Source: Antedon mediterranea (taxonomy: Eukaryota; Animalia; Echinodermata). From it: a stretch of DNA of 64,000 bases. The translations under genes and the position numbers were made by a program. The number at the start of each line of letters is the position of its first letter. Position 1 is the stretch's first letter. Under the pieces are notes generated by a model, which was given only the letters and a program-made list of their open reading frames with translations, was not told where the DNA came from and made no database searches. Positions 1-13,400 of the stretch are shown here, piece after piece. Location of the stretch: NCBI RefSeq assembly GCF_964355755.1, contig NC_092679.1, positions 5,424,201 through 5,488,200 on the forward strand, written 5' to 3'.

Positions 1-2171
1 GAACTAACATAGTACAGTATAAGTCAAATAAATTTTTTAATTTTTTTTTATTGCTGCCTCAAAAAATATTATATAATAGTAACAATATCAGAAAGGTAGA
101 TAGGTATTGTAATAATTTTTAAATTTAAAAATGTTAAAAAAAATATGAATATATGTTTATACATACATTATAAATGAAATATATTAACTACTATTTTAGT
201 AATGCATACACAAGTACAGAATATCAGAAATCAATGAATCATGTGTCTAAATGTGGCATTATTAGGCTAATTTGCTTTGAGAAAAACATTGATGCCATTG
301 GCCTATACAAAAATCAAGGCAATTAGACAAAATATTTACATAAACAATTAATACTAATATTGGTAGGCATAAAATAATAGTGTATATAAACTTTCCTTAA
401 ATAATAACAGTATAGGGCCTTACCAATTTATTTAATACATAATATATGAACTATATTACACAAAGAAAGTATAAATGAATTTATAAGGACATGATGATTA
501 TCAAAAATAGTCAATATAATTAAATTTTAAACTCATTACCGGCATTATATATAATATTTTAAAAAGATAAGAATGCAAGTAAATATCAGATTCATAGTCC
601 TCATTATACAAAATGATTTCCTACTATCACATATTAAAATAATCATAAAACAATCATGTAGCCTTTAATGACTTTACATGCAGGTCTATTCAAATAAATT
701 TAAATAAAAGGGTCATAATATGTCTTCGTCTCCAGTTCGTGGAAAGTGAGTTAGGATTCCATCATTTCAACAACAAAAAATATTCAAAATATCCTGCCAG
801 TTTGCGTTCAAGACCTGCAACCTGCTTAGTTTTTAATACGAGTACTGCTTTCTATACACATAACTTTGATTTCTGCAAAAAAAAAAAAACTCTGTAATAA
901 TGTACTTTAATTACTGTAATAATCTAGGTATAGATTATGTTGACCGGGCCAGTGAGAGGGCGATCGACTGTACTACCATAAGTCCTGTAGGTGTATACAA
1001 CTTATTTCTTGTCTACAAAGTGTATAGTAGTATGCTAATAGTACTATTATTAGATTAGGTAGTTGGGAGTAGTTTGGAGAGATACATCTATCTATAAAAG
1101 AGTACTGTATATATAGAACTATCTGTGTTAGCCGCCTTTGTATTTTTAGATATAATACCAATAGGTACTATGTATTGGGAAACAATTCAACAGTTATGAA
1201 TAAAAAAAAGTCCTATGTACTCTGTATGTTGGAGGAAATAAGCATAAGAGCAAATAAAGCCTTGACCACAGGGTGTAAGTCACTATTTTGAATCAGTAGT
1301 ATGACTTCTTAAGAAGTAATTTAAAAATTATCATTGTATGATCAAAAAGAAATATTATAATATCTAACTTTCTCCTTTATATAAATATATTATTTTATCC
1401 AAGGGGTTGCAAACACAAGTGTTCACATGTCTTAGTATTGCACCTTTGTCCTGTCTTTATGTTGTCTGTAATGTCACTGCACTAACGGGTGACCGGTAAA
1501 CGAGCTTCGCTCTTACGGTTATCCATCCATATAAGTTGTTCATCTCTTATGTTCAGAAATTGAAATGGTAAATAAACTGAAACTGTGCTTATGTGGTACT
1601 GGTTGACGAGCCAGGAATGATGGTAGTGCCAGTATACCGTATAGTTTAGCCTCAAGGCAATACAATGTAGCTGGAGTAGCTTGGACAAATACAGTAGAGA
1701 TTTATGAGACTTGGTGTGTGATGATTCAGTATGATAAATTTGTGCTGTGAAAGACAAAATTGTAGAATTAGGAATAAAATATAACAAGGAAATTATACTA
1801 TAGTATAATTAAGGGGTAACCGTATAATACATAATTAATAGTAATAAAGGCAATGGCAATTACTTATATTATGTATACATTACAATATTACAAATAAATT
1901 CATATATTATTTTATTATAAGGAAATCTGTTTTAGAATGAGAAAAAGCCGTCCCAACCCAGATTTGAACCCAGCTATCAATAAAGCTATAAAACAAAATA
2001 GACCATATTGTAGCCGGACTGGGTAGCGTAGACTTACTTGAGGCCTAGGCATAGTACGATTAGCTAGAAGGATACAGGTCAACCCGTACCCATGCCATGC
2101 CAACACGCTCGTACCCAAATTTTGGTTTACATATATCCAAAATTTTGGCTTACTCGTACCCATCATGGGCT

Positions 2172-2480
2172 GCCTAGTAGTAGTAGTAGTAGTAGTAGCC
2201 TAGCCTAAGGCAGCAGGCCCGGCCCTAGCCTACTACAACTTAAGTCTAGGCCTAGCCTAGTACTAGTAGGCCTCTAGGCCTAGCCTAGGCCCTAGTAGTT
2301 AACATCATACATACGCCCTAGAGCCTAGTAGTAGCTACCTACTACTCACTAGCTAGGCCTAGGTAGTAGCAGTAGTAGTTATTGTAGTAGTATTATTGTA
2401 TTGTAGTATTAGTTGTAGCTGTCCGGTGATCCTTGGTCACTTGTCTAGATCCCCTAGTAGGCCTAGGCTAGGCCTAGTAC
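2172..2480. repeat. Low-complexity TAG/CTA/TAGGCCTA tract
   Basis: (TAG)n runs interleaved with CTAGCCTAGGCCTAG palindromes. Confidence 0.8.
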
Positions 2481-4467
2481 GTAGTTATTCTTCAACAGTC
2501 ACACAATTCAGATTCTGCCGGCCGCTGATTGCTAGTGAACAGGGGGAGGGAGAGAAAGAGTTAGAAGAACTGAAATAAGCCGTGACGTATAATAAACATC
2601 ATACAAATTAATAATATAACTAACGAATCCGTATAATATAATAATGTTGTATGTTATAAAGTAAAGTAAATGCGTTTAATATAATACAATTATATTATAA
2701 TATAATGTATTTTTTTAATAATATAATATTAAATGTTCATAATATAATGCTAAAACCAAATAATATAATACAAAAAGTCAATAATTTGTTACATTTTTCA
2801 CATAATATATTAGAAATAGATATAATATAATGCTAAAACCAAGTAATATAATGCAAAACGTATAATTCATTACAATACAATATATAATATAATAAAAAAA
2901 TGATATAATAATATAATATTTTGAATACTTCAGACAGCTGAGGCTTGCCATATACCTTTCTGAGATTATTCGATTTATCGATTATGGCAACAATTTTTTT
3001 TAACTAAACATAAATAAAACGAAATAAATAAGGATTGATTTTCGAAAAAACATAATTGGTCTGACCAGGGAAGAGTTAAGACAGTATACATTAATTAAAG
3101 GAAAGGAAGTACAGATTGTTAACAAGCTTAAATGGGTGGACATGTTGATCATATAGTTAAGAAATACAAGGCTGTTACTGCTTGAGGAAACTCGGTTCTT
3201 TGGGGTAATATAAAGCAAGATATTTGTACTATAGAATGTTTATGTTTTACTAATCCAGTGATGTTCTATTTGGGGATATTGTATGTTGGGCCGAATTGAG
3301 AAGGTGCTGGGTAGAGCGGGGAAAGCAATTGGTTTGCCTACAGCGAACGGCTTGCCGATGTATTCCATGCTATATTGCAATCATCCTCTTCATGGCGACA
3401 TTATCAGCTCCGTTTTGCATTTGTTATTATAACGTTTTGATGTAAACGTTCTTCAATTAGAACATGTATGTATTTCTACACAGAAACGTTTGAAAACGTG
3501 TTTAAAACGTTTTAGAAAAACCAAACCTAAAAACATGTAATGTCAAACGTTTTCATTACGTTCTGGGAACAAAATGGTACAGACATTGACAAAATTATAA
3601 TGTTTATTTGTTTTACAGTACTGATTACCTAATATAATCAGTAAGTGATATATCTTATTAAAGATCTTTTTTAAATGTACTACTGTGTTATCATTAGATA
3701 AAGTATGTTTTATTTGTAACTGGAATAAAAACGAATTTCTTTATATACTTTCTGTATCTATAAATGTGTAAAAATTATTCAATATCCACCTTATTAGGGA
3801 ATCCACCTAATATCAATATTAGGGAAGGATACCTAAAAATTATATAGAAATAAAGAGCCATAATATACTGCCATAAAAAGCCATAAAAACTGAAATTAAT
3901 TCGACAGCATGCAGGGCTTTGTTGCTGAAACATAATGCACTAAACAAAAGAACAAAAGCAGCAGTATTTTAACACATTATCACACTCAATTAATAAATAA
4001 ATTAATAAATGGGACACCCCTATTTTCCTATCTTTTTATAATGGTATAGTCCCTACAAGTCGAGGTGGCCGAAAACGGCACCTGCAGTTGTTATAGTGAA
4101 CTGGTAGCACCGACATGGCATCGTAAACGGCTCTTTTTCAAGTTCAAGTTTTTTTATTCATATCACTGTCGCAGCCGAAGCTTAATTATTGTGTATTTAC
4201 ATTAAAATGTATAAAACGATAAAATGGTATTAGCTCAGCCCAATCCATTGTAGGGCTGGTCCTCATATTTAATTCGTTTTATATTTCGAAGTACTAAGTG
4301 CAAATTCCGGGGACCTTGCAGTTCTATTTAAAAAATTGTCTTCTACACCCCAACCATGGTCCTGTAGACTTCTAATATTTTGTTTCATATTTCAATGTAT
4401 AATAATTTCCGTGGACCACACAACCCTTCCTGACAGCCTACCCCACTGAACAAATTATGATTTTCAG

Positions 4468-7400
4468 ATGGAGCAACAACGTAGAAAAGTAATAACACTT
4501 TCTCGAAGCGAAACAGCGGATCTTCAGGATGGTGTGTCATTTATCCATAGATCTGAAAACCAAAAGTTTATAATATTCAAAGATTCTGATGAGTTCACAG
4601 CATGCAAAAATGTTTGCAAACATCAAGGTGGTAGCTTTGCTGTTGATATGGAAGATATGACGAATTGGTAAGTATAATCAAAAGTTCTTTGGTATAATTC
4701 CTACGCAACAGTACAACGACATTATAATACCTATAATAATACTGTAGTACGGGTTATTATGTCTTCCAGCTCGATATTTGTGCAAAAATAGATTTTTTTA
4801 GCTAACTTTGTTATTCTTGAGATGCTGAATCCACAAAAGTTAGGTGCCATTTTTTTCGACCACTCCTTCATCCGCCATTTTGTATTTCAAAATGGCCGAC
4901 GTTTCACACTAAACTTGGTCATCCATGGTATCATTGGAAAGGAAATGTAATACTGATTATTTTATTCCATTACACCCATATCAATAAACGCATAGTTACA
5001 TAGTTATTGCGAAATAAAACAAATCACGTGACCAATAAAGGTCAGAAGGTCAAAATGCAATTTCTTATTCTGAATACAGTTTTACTAATATCTATTCTAT
5101 TTTACTTTTTGTATTGTCATAATTTTCCAATTATGTAAATAAATTGTTTTTAAATGTTCCTTGTTGTTTTTTCATGCTAATTACTTTCTTATTTACATAC
5201 ATCTGTCCTATTGGTATATAAGTACTTTAGGCGTTGTTTTCTGTTCTTCTTCTGATGAGAATAGTTTCTCGAAACATGTCACATTTTAAGGCAGTTTGCC
5301 TATTCATTAAATCGCTATACTCATTTTAACAATGACAAAAGTAGTCTCCTTCGTATTTAATACGGTTTTTCTTATTGCTTTTACAATTCATTCAAATATT
5401 TGTTTGATTTTCATTCTACTTTGTTATTGTCCATTTATATGTTTTATATTATATTATATATTATCTTAATACTAAATAAGTACCGTACGGTACTGGATTA
5501 CACTTAACTTCAATGTCAAGTTTCCGAGTTATTTAATTTAAAATCAAAATAACTATAGTTCGTGAACAAAGGTGAAATAAACTGTTGTCAAGTCACATCT
5601 TTGTTTTGTTTCGTTGGATAGAAATTCTGAATCTATTATATTTTTAGTAGTTTACATTTCTGTTTTTCGTAAAAAGAAAAAAATGCTAATCATTTGTATT
5701 TTTGTCAAAGCGAGTACCACACAATATAAAGCCATCTGTGCACAATGCCAATGTTAATTGGCATGCCTTTCCCTTTGAACCTCAGATGAAGTGCAGCAGC
5801 AAACAGAATGTTTTCATTTGATATTATTATACAGTGAAAAAATCTTAAGAATTAAAAAAAAATTAAGATCAATTAGTTTTCCTCAAATAAAGTTTACACG
5901 AAATAAAGAAAAGTCAGTGTCCTACTGCTGCCTTTACAAACTACCAATCGATATTGTAAAGAAACGAATTCGGTGTTTTTAACGTCTAAAGGTTCCCTTT
6001 GATTTTTACGTATGGTTTGTGATTATCGCAATATAAATCCTAACTATACGTTGTTATTATTAAAAGTCACATAGAATAAACAATCAAACTATACTTGTTT
6101 GTGGTAACTTAACTTTAAGAACTTATCGGAAATAAGGGAAACAAAATCCGCTTTCCAGCAATAATATTCAAATTAGTTTGAGAAAAACGAAATCTTTTAA
6201 CCACAGACACTTTATAAATATATACCGTATGTAACGATTTCAGTTATTGAATTCCCTTTTATAAATTTGTATTTTAATTTTGATACTTTTACTGCATTTC
6301 TCAGTTATATTTATCAAAAATGCAGTGGGGTTTTTTTAAAGAGTGAAGTGCGACCACACACCGGTAGGAGATGGAATCGGCCTTTCAGTCATCGGTGCGT
6401 TTTGAATTATTATTATTTTATTGTTCTTGGGCATGATCCTATTGTATCCGTTTGTTGTTAGTATTTGTATTCTTATGAGTATTAGAATATGTCACCGATT
6501 TAATTTATATTCAATAAAATTATGTTATCATCTGAAACGGTGGAAGATTATTCGACTATACTTATACACAGTATAGATGAGCTGTTTTCTATCCTGCCTT
6601 TATGGTCACACAAATATCCAATATATATAATATAAGAATGTATACATAAATTAATTTAAATAAGCAACAACTTTTTTATCGATTTACTTTATATATATAT
6701 AGGCCTAGGCTTACAACATGCAACCATGCTATTAGCAGAAAACCATGTTTGAAAAAAACAACATAGACGCCACTGCACTGGATATAGTTATAAATAAAAC
6801 TACATTAACTCTAGCAGAATTAAGACAAATCTAAATTACTTTCCAAAGTTACGTTTCTGTTTCTGCTGTAGTAGTTGTATGAACTTGCTCAAATAAAAGG
6901 TACTAAAATCAATTACTTTACCTCCAAATCATGTTTGCGTCGCAACTAATTTACCTGCAAAGCAATGGTTGTTTGATCTTGTTTCTTACTTGCAATGCGA
7001 AAACCGGGCATATCGAGGATCTTGATAGTAAAACTTATCTTATACTGAAGTAGATTCACACACTGAAATTGTTATTATAACCAGATAAATGTTACCAACA
7101 TTTGAATGAATAAAAAAATACGTAGGGGCCTATTTATCTTTAATATGGAGGAGACCTTTTTTATTGTACATTTAAAAATTGATTTACATAATTGGAAAAT
7201 TATGACAATAAATAAAGGAAAATCGAATAGATATTAGTAAAACTGTATTCAGAATAAAAAAGCTATCCTACGATACCAAACAGTAAAGTATTTGAGAAAA
7301 TTAAAATGTTGACCTTTTGACCTTTTGGTCACGTGACTTGTTTTATTGTTAAATAACTATGTAACTATACATTTTTTGATATGGATGTAATGGGATAAAA

Positions 7401-10400
7401 TGATCAGTATTATATTCCCTTTCCGGTGATACCATGGATGACAAAGTTCAGTGTGGAATGTCGGCCATTTTGAAATACAAAATGGCGGCTGAAGGAGTGG
7501 TCGAAAAAAATGGCACCTAACTTTTTTGAATTCAGCAACTCAAGAATAACAAAGTTAGCCAATAAAATCTATTTTTAGCAGGGTTGCTAACTTCCATTTT
7601 TTATGAAGATTGTGCATTTTGTGACAAAAGCACCAAATTTGGCACAAACCTTCTTTAGGGTATATCTAACAATTCTAGAAGGGGTGCCCAAAAATCAGAA
7701 CAATTTAACGACGTCATTTGGACCACGCCCTTTTTTTAGTATTACGTAATTAGGTGAAAACTTAAATCTTCGTATATACATACCAAGTTTGGTATCAAAT
7801 TAAAACTCATGACATGTACATTGCAATACACACATAAAAAACATATGATTTCTCTTCAGACGGAATATATAGGTCAAATAATGTCATTTTCTGTCATATT
7901 GAAAGGTATTTCAATCAAAACGTGCCAATATTGTGCTATGTTATGAACATTGTAGTTATAAGAACAACAACATTCATTTTTGTAATACAACTACTAATAT
8001 ATATTTATCCTGTATCAGTTACTTTCCTTTAACATAATATTAGGAACCACTGAAAAAAAGTATATAAAACATATACTGTATCAAACTTGGCTCAATAATC
8101 ACTGGACTAAGTAAACAGACAAAAGACCATTTGACTGACAATTATGGCGTTAGCATCCATAGCAATACATGGAGGTGATTATCAACTTTACTTTTATGAA
8201 ATTATTTATCTGGAAACTAACACTTATAATGGTACAGAGTTGCTAGATGACGAACAGGTTCCACGGCATGGATAACAAAGACCAGTGCAAGAAAGACCTG
8301 CTGAACGGTACTTGCAGTTCCCTGAGCAATGCAGGCAACCAATTCCTCGATAATTGTTCAGAACTTCTGGTCTTGGATGCTCGAGATTGTGCCAATGAAA
8401 GTGCAGTAGTGACAGTTCGTACAATTCAGGATGTAGGTACTACCCAGTACCAAAAATATTTCAAGGAAGTTATTCTCGACAGAAGTGTTGCAATTATTCA
8501 ACAAGCCATCAAACACCATGGTCAAAATCAGTGTCCAAAACAAAGCGACTGTATATTGCAAGTCAATCTCGTGATGGAGATTTGGAAGACTTCTTCATGC
8601 ACGAAAACCAGCCATGGCCACCCTCTTTGGCAGTAAATGGAAAGCTTCGACTACCAACTAAGAAGTCTGAGTTGCTACAGCATTTGGAGACTGAAGGCCA
8701 GCCTGAACCTCCTACATATTTTGATGTAAAGGTGTTTGACGGAGCTGCTATTGTCCATGCTCTTTCCAGCAACCATGCATTTACATTTGATGACTACGGT
8801 GATAAGGTGAGTACATTTCTTTGCATTCAGGATTGTATCTATTGTTTAACCACCATATAATTGGTCACTTCTATATGCGGATCGTTATTCTTGTATCATT
8901 TGTATGACAGGTCTTTCTACCGTGGACCAGACAGCAGCTGCAGAATAGTAACAGAATTGATATAGTGTGGGACACTTACAGAACAGATAGTCTTAAGCAG
9001 TCTACAGGAGAAAAAAGAGGAAAAGGGGTCAGGAGGAAAGTTGGGGGACAAACAAAGATTCCAGGGAATTTTCCAGACTTTCTGAAAGATCCAGTAAATA
9101 AAGAGGAGTTATTTAACTTTTTAACTACAAAGGTGTCTACCCATGATTACTCTGACTGCATCAGGTAAGTTTTATTATGATACATACTAATTTGTTTTGT
9201 TTGTAACCAAACGATTAATTTACTTATACAGTTTCATACCAATAATTAATTAAAAAGGCATATTAAATAGTAAGTAATTCTTGATATATGTCCTGTAGGC
9301 GAGTCTTTTGTATGTTGACATCTACTCAACCTATGTCAATCTGCGACCATGAAGAGGCCGACTCCAAGATGCGCATTCACATTGATGATGCCTTAAAGAA
9401 AGGTAGCAGGGTTATACAGGGCGTACAGTTGATACTGATGTCATTGTTATCCTGGTTGGTATTTTCTGCAATCTAATAGCCTGTTATCCTGGTACGTGTA
9501 TCTGGGTCGCATTTGGCATGGGTAAGCACTTCCAATATTTTAATATAAATACCATCTGCCATAACCTAGGAGAGGATAAGTCAAGAGGGCTGCCAGTTTT
9601 TCATGCATTTACTGGGTCCGATACTACATCCCAGTTCTTCGGAAAAGCAAAACACTCCGCATGGGAGACGTGGAACTCATTTCCAGCAGTTACAGAAGCC
9701 TTTCTTTTCATGGCACATCACCCTTTCAAATCTCTAGGAGTCAACTCATCTCAATTCCAGTTGCTAGAGGAGTTTACATGTCATCTATACGACAAGACAA
9801 GTACTTTAAGAAGTGTTACTAAGCTAAGACAAGACCTTTTTTCAAGAAAGGCAGGGACAATGGACAACATTCCTCCTACACAGGTAAGGGGAGCTTCCAT
9901 ATAATTGTCAATTGTCGTTTAATAATTTATTATCAGGTTCATGTTTTTCTTTCATTAAAAGGTAACACCAATCTTTAAATTGTTTATTGCAGGATGCACT
10001 TTTACAGCATTCCAACAGATCCATATACCAAGCAAGCATTTGGACCACCAGTCTACAGCCACAGCAGAATGCTCCATCACCAAAACCGGCAGTACATGGA
10101 CACCAGTCTGGACAATACTACCTTAAGCATCCAAGGCATGTAGGGAATTGCTAAAGTGTGGCTGCAAAAAGTTGCCTTTTTGCTCAGGGAACTGCAAGTG
10201 CTGTTCAGCAGTGCACTGGTCTTGTTACCCATGCCGTGGAACTTGTTCGTCATCTAGCAACTCTGTACCTAAGTGTTTGTTTCCAGATAAATAATTTCAT
10301 AAAAGTAAAGTTGATTATCACCTCCATGTATTGTTATGGATGCTAACGCCATAATTGTCAGTCAAATAGTCTTTTGTCGGTTTACTAATAGTCCAGTGGT

Positions 10401-13400
10401 TATTGAGCCCAAGTTTGATACAGTATATGTTTTATATACTTTTTTTCAGTGGTTCCTAATATTATTTTAAAGGAAAGTAACTGGTACAGGATAAATATAT
10501 ATTCGTACTATTACAAAAATGAATGTTGTTGTTCTTATAACTACAATGTTCATAACATAGCACAATATTGGCACGTTTTGATTGAAATACCCTTCAATAT
10601 GACAGAAAATTACATTATTTGACCTATATATTCCGTCTGAAGAGAAATCATATATTTTTTATGTGTGTATTGCAATGTACATGTCATGAGTTTTAATTTG
10701 ATACCAAACTTGGTATGTATATACGAAGATTTAAGTTTTCATCTAATTACGTAATACTAAAAAAAGGGCGTGGTCCAAATGACGTCGTTAAATTGTTCCG
10801 ATTTTTGGGCACCCCTTCTAGGATTGTTAGATATACCCTAAAGAAGGTTTGTGCCAAATTTGGTGCTTTTGTCACAAAGTGCACAAAAAAAGTGCTAAGT
10901 TACCCTGCTATTTGGCACTAATATCGAGCTGGAGCTAGTTTTCCTTACATATGTGACTGTACTATAAGGGCTTTGTGTGTTTCAAGGTTTCTTGCCATTT
11001 AATTTCTGACTGTATAAATTTGTGCTTAGACACGCTCCGTATAGATCACACCTCAGTGGGCCAAAACTGGTTAATTCAACGTTATCTGCAAACGTTGAAA
11101 GTACGTCGGAAGTGTTGAAAATGAAAGTTTGCATCAACGAAAATGTCAACGTTGATTCAACATAGAAATTATCAACGTTGAAACAACGTAAAATAAGTAA
11201 CGTTGAAATAACGTCGGAAAATTGTTGAAAATGAAAGTTTGCATCAACATAAATGTCAACGTTTATTCAACGTTGAAATTATTAACATTGATTCAATGTT
11301 GAAATTATTAACGTTGAAACAACATAATGATTTAGTTGAATATGAAAGTTTGCATCAACGTAATTTTCAACCTTAATTTAACGTTGGAATTATTAACGTT
11401 GTTTTAACATTGAAATTATAAACGTTTAAATAACTTAAATTTCAACGTTGATTTAATGTAAAAATATTACAGTTAATTCAATGTTATCCGCAAACGTTGA
11501 AATAACGTTGAACAATTGAAATGAAGTTTAAATCAACCAAAATATCAACGTTGATCCATTGTAGAATAATCAACTAAATTCAAGGTAGAAATTGTTATAC
11601 TACTAATTGTGTAGAAATCGTTTGCATTTATTATTGTCATGCATTGCGAATTTTTCCTTTTTTTTTCTCATATTATCTTTACATCCTGTTGCACGGTTGG
11701 ACGGAAGAAAATTAGAATAACGTCCAACACAGCCAATCCTATAGTTAGGAGACACTCATTTTAAAAGACACTTTATTCCTGTTTTTAGTACATTGAAATG
11801 CAGTAGGCATGGATGGAAACTTGACCCATCGACAATGTGTTACATTAACCCACCTGATAGTTTCAAACAAGACAACCTCGGTAAGTGCCTTTGCTTGGTT
11901 CCCACTTGGATGCAACCCACACGAACGGTTTAAAAGCGTTGATCAATCAACTCACCAGCTACGTCATTGTGTTGTGTCCTAGTGCGAACCAAGCTTTAAG
12001 TGTTTTCATTTATTTATTTATTTGACATCAAAAATGTCCTGGGACGCCAAAAGTAAGTCACCATAACATTGTGTCTGGGGCCCTAGAAGAACTTAAGTAC
12101 ATATAATTATTTATCAATATAAATCAATGATTGATCAATCAACTCGCCTACGTCATTGCGGTGTGTCCTAGTGGGAACCAAGCTTTAATCGTTGATCAAT
12201 CATCTCGCCTACGTCTAGTCATCGTATGTTGCGTCTCAGTCAGATAACTCTATAATTTCTTAACACACAAATTATTCGAATTATAGTTGTTCTATTAAAG
12301 TATAATAGGTAAATTAAAGTGAGGTTTATCATTCCATCAATTTATTATTATAGTTACTGAAATGGAGGATGGGTGTCTTACTTTAACCGAATTAACTCCA
12401 AAACAACCATGGGAAACAAATCGCCGCAACCCAGAACCAATTGAATTAGAAGAAGTAAAAGTGAGTTTCTAGTCATCGTCTTGCTATTTTTACAGTATTT
12501 CATGACTATAAAATGACTAAAATATAATATTGAAACAATAATATAACAAATATATCTGTGCACGAACATGTTTCACACTGAAAACTTCAGATTTCAGGAA
12601 TCATGAGAGCCAAGTGTAATCAACACAAACTGATATTCTATAGGTCTATACGGCGTTTCATAAGTATAATACAGTTTCAAGCAAATAAAAAACTTGACTA
12701 CAAATAGTGTATTAGTCCTGTATATTAAACTCTTTTCTCTCCTTTGTGGTTATTGCGCCCACCACCTTTGTTCATGTCATGCCTCATGGGGCTACTAGCC
12801 CCATGACCGTTTGTAAGCCTGTCCTTGGTATTTTATTTACTAAAATGAAAACACCTAAATTGTTCGAAAACTTTCCAATAGACGAATGGAATTTCCTCAA
12901 AAAAACATACACAACTAGAGAGTACTCCGAGAGTACAAACCTCCGCCTAGTAAAATTCCCCTACATAAAATGTCCCCGGAAAATGTAGGCCTATATTTTT
13001 TTACTATTTTTTAGTTCTAAGTGTAAATAGGCTAACTGCACACTACAAAGTTGTGGATGAGAGTTTGGTGTAATGGTTATGTATCCAGCCTCTCACAGTT
13101 GAGATTTTAAGGTTTTTTTTTTAATTATTGTTGTATTTCTTTTTTGTTGACCTTGATCTTTGACCTTGACCCTTCAAAATTCCCTCCACAATTATATGAT
13201 GAATCATTGATCATTGTGGCTAAGTTTGGTGAGAATCGGTTAAAAACTGTGGTCTCTAGGCAGTAAAATAGTTTTTTGTTTGTTGTGACCTTGACCTATG
13301 ACCTTTTCTCCTCAAATTCGAACTCCTCCGAGCTTTTGGGGATAAAAACTGTGGCCTCCAGGCTGTTCACAGACACACACATACACACACACACACACCC

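Larger units (their letters stand above)
4740..10964. mobile_element. Non-autonomous Academ-type element (~400-bp TIRs) hosting the 7576-10910 element in its right TIR
   Basis: 4765-~5158 is the reverse complement of ~7168-7575 plus 10914-10933, so the right TIR is interrupted by the inner element. Termini TAGTAC...GTACTA. TSD TAA is restored once a 5-bp CTGTA insert at 4742-4746 is removed. Confidence 0.75.

Noticed and set aside
11050-11590. Repeat array superficially CRISPR-like
   Set aside because: Degenerate units without unique constant-length spacers, no cas genes, and a eukaryotic intron context.
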